DNA of 64,000 nucleotides from Callorhinchus milii (lineage: Eukaryota): positions 93,436,001-93,500,000 of the forward strand of contig NW_024704743.1 in NCBI RefSeq assembly GCF_018977255.1, written 5' to 3'. A program made the translations under genes and the position numbers. Below, in pieces: positions 37,220 to 49,431 of the stretch (within the stretch, counting starts at the first letter, position 1; the number at the start of each line of letters is the position of its first letter). The notes under the pieces were generated by a model. That model saw nothing but the letters and a program-made list of their open reading frames with translations. It did not search any database and had not been told where the DNA came from.

Positions 37220-39715
37220 TCAACAACAACAACAACTTGAATTTACATAGCACCCTCAACACCAGACGGCATCTCCGAGTGCTTCATAGAAACAGATCCC
37301 GGGCCCGAGTCAGTGGGAGCGGGAGGAAGGTAACCAAAGGCGCGGTCGAAAAGAAAAGTCTTCAGCCAAGACCTGAAAATAGGGAGAGGGGGCGAGGTGA
37401 AGGGAGTTCCAGAGCCTCGGGGCATAGTGGCTGAAGGCACGGCTGCTGAGGGTGGAGCGGAGGACTCGGGGAACAAGGAGGAGGCCAAACTCGGTGGAAC
37501 AAGGCAACGGGCACTGTTTTGAGGAGAGAGGTCATAGAGGTAGGGGGTGCAGAGGAGTGGAGAGATTTGAAGAGAAGGGTGAGGATCTTGAAGCGATCCT
37601 CTCTGGGACAGGCAACCAGTACAGTCTGGCAAGGACTGGGGTTATCGGGGAGCAGAGTTTGGTGCGGGTGAGAATGCGGGTGGCAGAGTTTTGGATGACC
37701 TGGATTTTGTGAATGGTAGTGGAGGGGAGACCCGCGAGGAGGGCATTTGAATAGTCCAGCTAAGAGGTGACAAAGGCATGGACTAGGGTTTCAGCGGCTT
37801 TTGGAGTGAGAGATTGGCGGAGACGGGCAATGTGTTGGAGGTGGACGAAAGCGGTGCTGGTGAGGGACCGGATGTGGGGAAGGAAGGTTAATTGGGGGTC
37901 GAACCTGATGCCTAGGTTGCGTATGGGTTTGGAGAGTTTTAGGGGGAGGTTGGGTAGGTGGAGGAGGTGAGAACCGTGTGATTTTAGATGTTGATGAGAG
38001 CCAAACAGTATGGCTTCCGTCTTGTCAACATTCAGCTGAAGGAAATTTGCGCTCATCCAGCTCCTGAGGTCTGACAGGCAGGCTGACAGAAGATCAGGGG
38101 ACTGGGGGTCTGGAAAAATAGAGTTGGGTGTTATCCGCATACATGCGGATACATCCATACATCCAGGCAGGTCAGGGCGAAACCTTGGGCAAGTTTCCTT
38201 ACTCCACACGCCTAATAATAATCCCTCCAAAAACCAAAAACAATAATAAATTGGTCATTTTCAATCTACGACTGTTTGTGGGACATTGCTGTGCGCAATT
38301 GGCTGCCGCGTTCGCCCATAAATATACAGTCAATTCACTTTACAGTGTGTTCTGTGAAGCGCTTTGGGACGTCCTCCCGACGTGAAAAGCGCTATATCAA
38401 ATGCAAGGATTATTATTATTATTATTATGTGGAAGTGTACCCCGTGTCTGCGGATGACATTCCCAAGACGGAGCATGTAGATCAGAAAGAGGAGGCGGCC
38501 AAGGATGGATCCTTAGGGTAACCCACAGGTAACCGGGTGAGAGCGGGATGAGAAGCCGTTTGTGCATATGTACTGCTGGCGGTTCATGAGGTAGGACTCG
38601 AACCAGGCGAGTGCAGTCCCACTGAGGTGGATGACGGAGGAAAGGCAGTGAAGGAGGATGGCGTGATCGACTATGTCGAATACAGCGGAGAGGTCCAGGA
38701 GGACAAGGAGGCAGAGGGAGCCCTGGTCACAGATAGAGAGGATGTCATTTGTGACTTTCACAAGCGCAGTCTCTTTACTGTGGGTAGGGCGGAAACTGGA
38801 CTGGAGGGGTTCGAAGAGGGAGTAGGAGGAGAAGTGTTCGCGGAGTTGATTTGCAAGAATGCGTTCTAGGACTTTTGCGAGGAAGGGCAGGTTTGAGATA
38901 GGGTGGTAGTGGCTGGAGTTTGAGGGATCTAGGAAGGGGTGTTTCAAGAGGGGGGTGATGACAGCAGTTTTGAGGAGTGCAGGGACTGATCCAGAGGAGA
39001 GGGACTGGTTGATGATGTCAGCAAGTATTGGGCAGAGGAGGGGGAGCTGGGTAACCAGCAAGTTGGTGGGGAGGGGGTCGAGGCAGCAGGTGGTGGGTTT
39101 CATTGAGGTGATGGTGGGTGAGAGGGAGGAGGGAGAGATGGGGAGGAAGGAATGTAGGATGGGGGTCGTGGTAGGAGCTAATGATGGGGAGGGTGAGAGG
39201 GACGGAGAGGCGGTGGTGGTGAGTGACAAGAGGCAGGTGGCTGAGGCTGCCTGGAGGATGTTGTGTATTTTGGATAAAAATAAGTCCATGACCTTGACAT
39301 GTGCTTGGCATTGGATTTGAAGATTGAGGAGGCCTGAGGGGGCGCATGGAGGAGGTAGTGGGTGGTGGAAAAAAGGATGTTAAGATTGTTTTTAGCCTCC
39401 AAGATGATGTTGGAGTAGAAGGCCATTTTTGCACGTGTCAAAGGATGGCGGTAGCTATGGAGATGCTCGAGCCACAGTTGGCGGTGGACTGTCAAGCCAG
39501 TTTTCCGCCATCTGTGCTCAAGCAGCCGGGTTTGGGTTTTTAGGCAGCATAGATGGTTCTTGTACCAGGGGGATCGAGTGGGTTTGGAGATGGTTCTGGA
39601 TTTCGGGGGGATGAGGGAGTTGATAGTGGAGGAGAGGCGATCAAGGAGCAGCTGGACAGCTGCTTCAGCATCTCCGTGGGTGGAAGGCCAGAGGGACAGG
39701 AGCTGAATGGGGGAT
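37220..39715 (-). mobile_element. L2 LINE, about 2.2 kb of ORF2 (RT domain), interrupted by a SINE
   Basis: ORFs 39178-39735, 38513-39289 (KPTTCCLDPLPT, KTAVITPLLK, YHPISNLPFLAKVLER, LVLLDLSAVFDIVDH) and 37760-38230; L2 tail at 37220. Confidence 0.97.
38173..38427 (+). mobile_element. young 5'-truncated SINE inserted in the L2 YADD-coding region
   Basis: Nearly identical to 22138-22386. Confidence 0.95.
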
Positions 39716-39716
39716 A

Positions 39717-40098
39717 TTAATAATAATCCCTGCATTTGATATAGCGCTTTTCACGTTTTCTAGATGTCTCAAAGAGTTTCACAGAATAATAATAATAATC
39801 TTTGTATTTGATATAGCGCTTTTCACGTCTTCTAGACGTCCCAAAGCGCTTCACAGAATATACTGTAAAGTGAATTGACCGTATATTTGTGGGCGAAACG
39901 CAGCAGCCAATTTCGCATAGCAGTGTCCCACAAACAGTCATGAATTGAAGTGACCAATTTATTATTGATTTTTTTGGAGGGATTATTATCAGGCGTGTGG
40001 TGTAAGGAAACTTGGCCAAGGTTTCGCCCTGCCGGGAATCAAACCCAGGTCTCTTGCTTGAGGGGCGAGTCCTCTAACCGATGAGCTACAGGACTCCA
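39717..40098 (-). mobile_element. full-length SINE with a tandemly duplicated tail of about 70 bp
   Basis: Two consecutive tail units at 39717-39786 and 39787-39860; tRNA head at 40030-40098. Confidence 0.93.
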
Positions 40099-40627
40099 TA
40101 AAGCATATTCGGATCATGCATGAAAGATCTGTGTAACATTCTACTATATGGAGGAAAAAGTAGCCAGAAAATTTAAAAAAGACTGATCAAATTATGGAAA
40201 TAATGTAAAGATATTACTACATCTCATTGGTTCGTTTAGATCTTTCATGCTAATTCAATCTCATCCTTGATATCACTTAGATTAGGCAAATATGTAGTGT
40301 GAGAGAAACAACCCCATTTTCACAATTCTTATATTTTTATAGCATGTATCCTGTCAGCATGTTTCAAACTTGTAATTACAGTATTAGTTACAAGTAATTA
40401 GTTTTAAATATAGTCACTATATTTGCAAGAAAACACAACCATTATTTGTACACAGCAAGATCCCCAAACAGCCGTGAAGTGAATGAGCAAGTGATCTGAA
40501 GGATTGTTGGCCAGGACACCAGGAAAAACTCCCTTCTCTTTCAGAATATTTATCCCTGATCTGCACTGGAGTGGCAGCAAAGTCTACAAGGGCAAGTCGT
40601 AATGTGGCTCATGGAATTCACAACCAT

Positions 40628-41005
40628 CAACAACAACAACAATAACACAAGATTCCATTTATTGAGCGCCTTTCACGTCGGGAGGACGTCCCAAGGCACT
40701 GTACAGTTGGGTCAGGACCCGAGCAGGGGGGAAATGGTCAGGGTGAGGGGAGGGAAGGGAGCGAGCGAGGAGGGGGTAGAGAGTCGAGAGGGGAGCTGAA
40801 GGCACGGTCAAAGAGAAAGGTCTTGAGACCGGCCTTGAAGGAGGAAAGGGAGGAGGCAAGGCGAAGGCACTGGGGGATAGAGTTCCAGAGCCTAGGGACT
40901 GAGAGGCTGAAGGCCCGGCAACCGATGGTAGGGCGGTTGGGGCAGGGGATGTGGAGCAGACCGGAGCCAGAGGAACAGAGGGTACGGGCAGGTAGGTAGG
41001 GGAAA
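40628..41005 (-). mobile_element. young L2 3' fragment
   Basis: Intact tail 'gcgcctttcacgtcgggaggacgtcccaagg'; very similar to 35693-35900. Confidence 0.93.
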
Positions 41006-41829
41006 GAATAGGAAACAGACTTAGTAGGAAGAACACTGCAGCACCGCACAGCTAACGTATCTAACGTAATTAACTTGTTAATCAACAAGCTTTTTAACGC
41101 AGCAGAAATCTGCAATAAACATTATGTAGAGATATTCATATTAATAGACTTGTTTTGTTTGGAGAGAACTTTGAAAGATGACATGATATAGGTATTTAAA
41201 ATACAAGAGAATGTAGATGCAAGCAAGTTCTTTAACTAGACAGTGAATATGGAATTAAAGGACATTAATATAAAATTAATAAAGCACAACTTTGTCGTCA
41301 GCAAATATTTTCCTCCCACTAAGTGAGAGGATAGTAACAACGAATTGCAACCTCATGCTATTATTTTTNAATGTTTCAATTATCTCAAAGTTGAGAAATC
41401 CTTGGTAAATCACTGATAAATGTGGTCATTGAGGCCAGTCAAGAACAGGGCTGAAGTCCTCCTTCCTCCCGAACTACATCAAAGTGGTTGGGCCTAAAGC
41501 CAGTGTATTACACTTCTGCCCATGGATCCCAGGCACTGGAATGTGAGGTAGTGAGATGCTCACATAACATCACCAAAAAAAATCTAAATTAAGCCAGCAT
41601 CCTGTGAACCAGCCAATGTCAAAATCTATATGCCAAACGTGCTGTGAAAGTCCAAAAGCTGGTTCCTGATGTCCCATGGGTTGGTGTTATGGGTTAGGGT
41701 TCTCTGCAGGAGTCATGACATCCTGGGATACTTTTTTCAAGTTTAAGGCACCAGTGACGCATGCTGCTTTTCACACAAGACCGTTTTCAACACTATTATA
41801 ATAACTTCACATTTACAGCCCAATGATAT

Positions 41830-42188
41830 ATAATAATTAATCTTGCATTTGATATAGTGCCTTATCACATCTTTGAGATGTCTCAAAACACTTCACAGAA
41901 TATACTGTAAAGTGAATTGACTGCATATTTTATGGACGAAACATGGCAGCCAATTGCACACAGCAGTGTCCCACAAACAGTCGTGGATTGAGTGAACAAA
42001 TTTTTTTTTAAGTGATTATTACCCCAGGAAAAGCAATTCACCAATCAACTAACAACTGGGTTCCTACTTACTACTAGGTAAACAGTGATGTGTGGAGTAA
42101 GGAAACTTGACAACGTTTCACCCTGCCAGGAATCAAACACACGTCCTCTCGCTTGCGAGGCGAGTGCTCTAACCACTAAGCTACAGGG
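41830..42188 (-). mobile_element. full-length SINE (long subfamily)
   Basis: Reverse copy from tail to head. Confidence 0.92.
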
Positions 42189-42194
42189 CTTCAA

Positions 42195-42745
42195 TGCTTC
42201 TCATCCATGCTTTTGTTACCTCTCGCCTCGATTTCTTCAATGCCCTCCTCGCTAATCTCCCTAGCTCTACCATTCACAAGGTCCAACTGATTCATAACTC
42301 TATCGCGTCACCTTTAGCGAACTCCACATCTCATTCACTCCAGTCCTGCCAGGCTCCATGGGATCTTCTCACTGAACAGATCGAATTTCACAATCCTCAC
42401 ACTCACTTGCTAATCATTTCATATCCTAGCACTTTCTCTCCAACTTGTTCACATCCCTTCCTCTGCCCGTACCTTCACTTGGTCGGCTCATGCCTTCTCC
42501 GCAGCCCCAACCCCTATGCTCCACCATCGATGGCCCTGCTTTCAAGCACTTTGCCCCAAACTACTGGAATTCCCTGTCGCAATGCCTTCGCCTTGTCCCC
42601 TCTTTGTCCTCAGATCATGCCTGAAAGCTTTCTTCTTCAACGGTACCTATGGTGATTCCCTTTCTCCCTGGCTCAGCACCAAACTACGCCATTGTTCAGT
42701 GCTCCAAGACACTACCACACGTGAAGGGCACAAGTTATTTTTGTG
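42195..42745 (+). mobile_element. old L2 3' fragment
   Basis: LLIHAFVTSRLDFFNALLANLPSSTIHKVQLIHNS. Confidence 0.88.
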
Positions 42746-43949
42746 AATGCATTAGCTTTTTTTCTATACAATCAGTTTGGGTCCTTTATTTTCCAGTTCT
42801 CATATTGTTCAGGAATACAAACTAAACTAATATGGCAGGACCACCCATCTTCAATCCACATGTGTAAATGTTCTTTCTCCCCAGGCATGGTTCAAGAATT
42901 CATCTCCAATAATGATTTTGTCTTAAATTGAAATGACTAATTCCGGTCATAACAATGAACATTTTGGCTGTCTAACTTATGCTGAAAGCTGTTCTTTAAT
43001 ATTTTAGCCTCAGTATGACAATGTTCCTCTTGCAGGCTAGCTTAATCATTGATAATGAATACCAATGAGGCCATGAAAATGTCCCTATAATGAATTATGT
43101 AGCAATGCAACAGATCAGAGGTAATTATAAAAATAATGAAAACACATCAAAAGCGGTAACCAAAGACATTTTTCTCACCATTTCCAGGAGACATTTTTTC
43201 TGAATCTCAATCATATTAATTTCTTAACACAACTAAATAAAACTTATGTTGAGAATAGATTGGAAGAGTGCAATGCATTATTAGTCACATATATTCCTGA
43301 TAAGTATAATCTGGTTTAGCAGTGTACAGATGGCCCACAGTCAGTGAGACAGTGTCATGCTATACTTTCACACTCCATTACTTGCCAAAAAATATTATGA
43401 ATTCTTCACAGTATGAGATGATGACTATTCCCAATTTCAGCACTGAACCTCCTCACACTACATCTGTTCTGCTGTATCATGCTCCAGGGATAGGATATTT
43501 ACATCACCATATGTGTTACAAAAGCCAAATAGACTGATCTGGGAATTCAGGTATTCCCAGTTTCATTAGATTCTAGTTACAGTATGATAGATGTGTTTGT
43601 AGGCTGCACTTGCTAGGTACTGTCAAGCACTCAGAGGTTACAAATCTAATTCAATGTATGATCACAGTGTATTTTATTTACTCTGGTCCAGACAACAAAT
43701 ACACAAGGGTGTACAGAAAAAATTGCAGATTGCAGAAGTACTCCCCCATTCATTCAGCTGACTGCCCTCTTGCCTGTCCCTTGTCCCCTCCCCTCTACCA
43801 TCAGTTACCGTACTTTCAGTCATTACAACCCAAAAATATGGAACTCCTGCCACAATCCATTGACCTTGCCTCCTGCTTCACTGTCTTCAGGTCATACCTG
43901 AAGACCTTACTCTTCAACCGTATTATGTGAAGTCTGTGCACCACAAAAA

Positions 43950-44430
43950 AGTTGGTTGACTGAGGAGCCCTCCAGCGTGTCACAGTAGGGCCCCCATACA
44001 TTGAGGTGGCTTGTCCCAAAGCTCTTCTCTTGGACTATTTGTAGCTCTTGTGATCTGTTGTGATGCTCACAAGAGGCTCACAGGGAGCACTGGTACCTGC
44101 TATCCACCCAATGAGGCCTCAAACCTACCCTATTGAATGTCAAATGACCAACTAGTGACTATCCTCCTAGGTGGATAGGTAACCAGTGTCTCCCTAGGGC
44201 TCAACTGACTCCAAGGTGATCTACTTCGACACAGCATATTGGAATCAAGTCAATCCTCTGTGGTTATCTTGGTTGCTCAGTTACTGAGTCAAGCAGATGT
44301 TCAATAATCCAAGGGCCTGCTGATGGGATACTGGCTAGTCTGGCAAGTTGGCAGGACTTGGAGGGAAGACCAGTCACTGGAGCAAGTTTTCTTCGTTGTC
44401 AGCTCCTGTTAGCCTTGCAAGGCCAAACCA
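43950..44430 (+). mobile_element. 3' region of the old APE-RT-CCHC LINE
   Basis: 'atgtcaaatgaccaactagtgactatcctcctagg' matches 30250-30285 and continues across the point where the other copy is split. Confidence 0.75.
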
Positions 44431-46058
44431 TTTAATCTAGAAATGTATCATAGATACAAAGCAATGGATAGTTTGAAATAATTCTTAATATAACAGGTGT
44501 AATAAATTACCTTTTGTGCTAAAGGTCGAATTAATTATGGGGCCTATTTTCAAACTGTTAATCATTAAGATGCTTGTCAAACAGAGAGTACATTTACTTA
44601 TCGGCATTTGTGAACATTGTACCAATGAAAAAGAGTGACTTAATTCACCTTCAGCAGTACGTTAAACACCTAATCTGAGGCTAGTCAAAATCATTTTAAT
44701 TTGCTGCCTCACTGAGTGGGAACAAAATACTTGACCCTTGTTAATGGATGTGGCATCAAATACTGATCATTACAAAAGGAATTTAAGGGGAGGTTAGAAA
44801 ATAGTTCTTTACACTGTGAGTGCCAAGAATGCAGAATTCCCTTAAAGCAGTCAATAAATTATTTTAAAGGGGAATTAGATAGATGTTTGTAAATCAGAAA
44901 TAGTAAAGGTTGTGGTGAGCAACCAGGTACTTTAAGTGAAGAAAAAGTATCGTGGACTTGGTAGGCCAACTGACCTGTTTCTGAATGTAACATTCAATGG
45001 GGAAAATTTGAGGTAATCCTTAAAGTGTTAAATCCTTAAAATTAAGACAAGAAGGGGGAAATGCCACCTGGTCTAGATTTACTCTATTTATTTAGCATTG
45101 CATACAACCAGAATTTGACAAATTGTTGAATTCAGAATTAACTTTGATATTGATTTTTTATAGTTCTTTAAAAAACTACAGCTTCAAAACTGTATTTAAG
45201 AATTAAGATGAACTGTGCTTTATGATGTGGACCATGATAGCATGTAAATTTAGCAAACTTGCTGAAGTTTTTAGGATTACTGTAAATTCATGAGCTTCAA
45301 AAAACATTACAAATAGAAATGTAATATAAGAAATAATGTAACAATAACATCTTGCATTTACATAGCACACCTCATGTAGGGTAGGGTCCCAGAGCACTTA
45401 TGTACATCAAACCAAAGAAACTGCAAATCTGGGGAGAGCTGCATTTGGAGAGAAACCATCGATGTAAAATTAAATCAAGGTGTTTAGCTTGTCTGCCTAT
45501 TCAGGTGGACATTAAATCTGACACTATTAGAAAGAGAAAGGAGATTGCAGATAAATTGGCTGGTTGTGAGACAAATTGGTTGCCACATTCATCTCCAAGT
45601 ACAGTCACTTCATGCAGCAGTAACTACTATGAAGCATTTTGAGGCATGTCAGTGTTAAAGCCACTGTATCAAATACAAGGATTATTATTATTACAAGTTA
45701 ATTCATCTCACCCTGTTACTTTTTCCAATTTGATCGTGAATTTAACTATAAGCGCTTCAGTTATACTGCTGAGTTTACAAAGAATCATCAGAAAACTTAT
45801 CTGAAAGTGACAAGAATCTAACTACTATTGTTATATCAGACTTGGTATATGTAATTCCCATATATCTAATAAAACAGATTGCATTACAAAGAATGTGAAT
45901 AGGTATTTAAAATCCAGAATATCCAGTTAGATCCAAGAAATCCAGTCAAATAATTTTCCTGTTGTGGGACATAATTTTCCAAGACAGTCAGGTCCACAGA
46001 ATACAATGTTGACGAACTTATGTGGAAAATCAGTGAGACTTGGCGGTATAGACTCATC

Positions 46059-46129
46059 AGCGCCTTTGGGACGTCCTCCCGACGTGAAAGGCGCTATACA
46101 AATGTAATTTTGTCGTTGCTGTTGTTGTC
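46059..46129 (+). mobile_element. tail-only L2 insertion with TSD CTCATC
   Basis: Hairpin plus (TTG)n flanked by CTCATC at 46053-46058 and 46130-46135. Confidence 0.9.
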
Positions 46130-47539
46130 CTCATCCTACAAGCCAAAGGCCTAACAGGGAGAGTGGTTATGATTTATACCGCCTACGTGTAGTTACTTCA
46201 CAAGTCCAAATAAAATGATTTGCATTTCTCTGCAGAGTACTGCAGACAGTTTTGAGATATTTTATTTGTATGCAGTTGCTATCTTTTGCATAATTCATGA
46301 AAAAATTATGTTCAACCCCAAATATAATAATTAATAGAAAAATTGATCAAGGGATGCAATAAAATCTATTGCACTTTTTTTTCTATGAAAATGATACCAA
46401 TGTAATCAACTTGCCTAAGGTGAAAACAAATTATGAACTATCCATGTCCTTTTCCACAATCGTTCGATGTCCTCTAACTTTTTCTGTTTGAGATCACTGG
46501 TGAAACTATGCAAATAACAAGAATTTGTTTATGTCATAATGAATTCCTTCGCATAGTATAGAGCAGGACAGAATGTCAAACTGTACCAATTCAAACTGTA
46601 TTTCTAATGAAGGCATAGGAAAAAAATATGACTGGACGTGAATGATGGCTCCCCTTTGGTGCTTTGGAGGACCATAATTTAATAGGCTTTTACTATGCTT
46701 GTGTTGGTTTGACCCACTTAGGGAGACTGCAAGGCACTTGATGTAATAAGAACTTAAGAAAGCTTGGTACGAGAAAAAACATTTACTCCATTAAAGCTAT
46801 CTACTAGTTCTTGCACAGACCATGTATAATCAACGCAGTCAAATATTGTTTGCCAAACATTCAATCCTAAACAATCCTGAAGCAAAGTTCTGCCTAATTA
46901 CATCCTGACTCCTACAGCATCCTGCAAAGTATTTATCTAAGCTTCAAAATTCAATCCTGTGCTATTGCCCTCCATAGGCAGCATCTATCCTCATCAATGC
47001 AAGTGTTTTTGGTCCTGTAAATCCTGCACCTCTTGTCATCGTCATCATCCCCCCGGCGATCCCTAATGAGCAGCCCTAATTAGGCAGAACACTGGTTGGA
47101 GGCAGTCCCTACTAACAAATGTACAGTGGTGCCCTGGGCCAAAGGGCTAGCTGGGGAGGCTGGAATTGACAGGGTCAGTGAACCCACCAACTCACAAACA
47201 TACAAAATATTCCCCAGAAGTGCAGACCTGCTTCCCTGTTCATACAGGAAAGACGAACCACACTAAAATGATCTTTCTGGGCAAGTTCTCAGCGGAGGGC
47301 TGGGTCGGATGGTGGTACTCAGCTCTTCCTGAGTGGACTTAGGTCTGTAACTGGGTCAAGGGAGAGAGATGTGACCTTGGATACCCTTGAGAGGCATGCA
47401 AACCTGGACCTCAAAAGGTTCAGTTTGAGGTTCAGGAGGGGATGGAAGCTTATGTCCTTGACGCACTTCAGTAGTGCATGAGTTTGGGTGGTATGTGTGC
47501 CCACCTGGATGCAGCCTGTTGGGTTTACCGCATCAGAAA

Positions 47540-47830
47540 CATAAAAGCATCTCTTTTTTTCCTTTGCCACTTGGAAAATCAGTTACTTGGGAGGCAAGAG
47601 ATCTGATATTCACCTTTTCGTTTCCCAAGAACGATTCATGTTCTCACCCTACAGGAAACGTATGGGTTTGTGAGTGATCATCACCTGCGTTTCCATGGGT
47701 ACCAGGTGGTAGAAGGGCCAAAGGACCCAAAGACGAATAGTGCACTTCGCATGACTCTGATCATTGACCAAGACCCGCTGCCAGTGAAAGTCGGAGTGTG
47801 ATCTGCTTGTCTGGACAAAGATATTCCTTA
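47540..47830 (+). mobile_element. APE endonuclease N-terminal fossil of a non-LTR element
   Basis: FATWKISYLGGKRSDI and IHVLTLQETYGFVSDHHLRFHGYQVV resemble APE motifs I (TWN) and II (LQET). Confidence 0.65.
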
Positions 47831-47834
47831 GAGG

Positions 47835-48381
47835 ATCGGCCTTCCTGACTCTTCCCTTCATAAGCTGCATATCATCCAAAACTCTGCAGCTCATGTACTC
47901 TCACGCTCCAGGCTCCGGGACCCCATCACTTCCACCCTTGCCCAACTCCACTGGCTCCCCATCCCCCAGAGGATCGAGTTCAAGATCCTCATCCTCACCG
48001 TTAAGGCTATCCATGGCCTTGCCCCCTCCTACCTCTCTGACCTGCTGACTCCCTACCAACCTGTCCGCTCCCTCCGTTCATCGGGCTCCGGCCTGCTCCA
48101 TGTCTCCTGTCGGTGGCAGGGCTTTCAGCCTCTCTGCCCCATACTCTAGAACTCCATCCCATGGTTCCTTCGCCTCGCTTCCTCCCTTGCTTCCTTCAAG
48201 GCCGGTCTCAAGACCCTTCTCTTCAATCATGCCTTTGGTCTCCCTCCCACCTCTCTGCCTTCCCTCACCCCTACAGCACCCTCCCCTCATTCTCGGGCCC
48301 CGACACCTGACTGTTCAGCGTATTGGGACGTCCTTCCGACGTGAAAGGTGCTCTATAAATGCAATTTTGTTGGTGTTGTTG
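47835..48381 (+). mobile_element. L2 3' fragment
   Basis: LHKLHIIQNSAA..LHWLPIPQRIEFKIL and intact tail. Confidence 0.95.
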
Positions 48382-49431
48382 GTGTATGCCTTGGCTTATG
48401 GAATCAGTGTATATTCCTGCACAGTGCTGAGTTCTGCGAGATCTTTAAACCCATCGCTACTTCATGAGATGGCTTAACATAATGATTTTCTGACTGTCTG
48501 TTGCTCTTTATGGATGATTGGAACATATAAAAAACAGAACTTCAAAAGTGAAGCAAAACCCTGCAACTGTGGTGATATCTGTTTCCGTTCTGAGATTTGC
48601 CAATTACATGACATTGGAGTGGAGTGCAGAATTGCACAGCAATCGATCATGTGTATCAGCCCCTGCACAGATTTAGTCCCATGCTTCATGGTCAGCAATA
48701 TTCCTCATATAGCAGAATACCCTGGCACGATCATTGTAGTCCAAGGCATATCAACAGCTCCATCCTGACCCTGGTCACAGGATCAACATCCCACTCTAGA
48801 AGTTCAAGGGCTGCCCTCTTGACCCAGAAGGTGACTGGCCAGTGATCAGAGTGATGCTGAACAAAAAAATTTGAGACTATAGGACGTGCCAAACCACTTA
48901 ACAATAGTGGACTCAATGACTGAAAATGTAGCCAAGGATTCTCTTGCTACTGCAGCTGAGATCGCAAAGTCGTGATCACAAGTGGTTTAATTATGGTTTA
49001 AATCAAGTTAGGTATGCTTATGCATGATAGCCAGTGTCAAGCTGACCTGTAGAACTACAATCTTAATTAAACTGAGCTGAGTTGCAGAATCTCTATCTGA
49101 GCGCGACAGATGTTACAGGTAGCTGTTATAACTCTAGATAAAATGTGATGAGAAAATGTCAGTTTGCTGTGCTTTGTATTATGAAGATCTAAACTGGCTA
49201 AGAGAGAAGTGAGCTTGTTAGTGCAGCTGTAGCTTGTGGGGTATTGTCCTGTATTATCTAAATCAGAGTCAGCCGGCCTGATTAAACAACTATCAAGTGC
49301 GTGAAGACGTGTGGGCCTGCATGTATCAGCCTAATGTAAAACAAGAGCACTGTGATACAAAAGAAGAATAGCTGCATTTTGGCAGTTCAAGTTGGTAAAA
49401 GTGAGTACATCTTTTTCATGTAAACAGCAAA

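Noticed and set aside
41369..41369. single N base
   Set aside because: Assembly ambiguity inside an old CR1 remnant, not biology.
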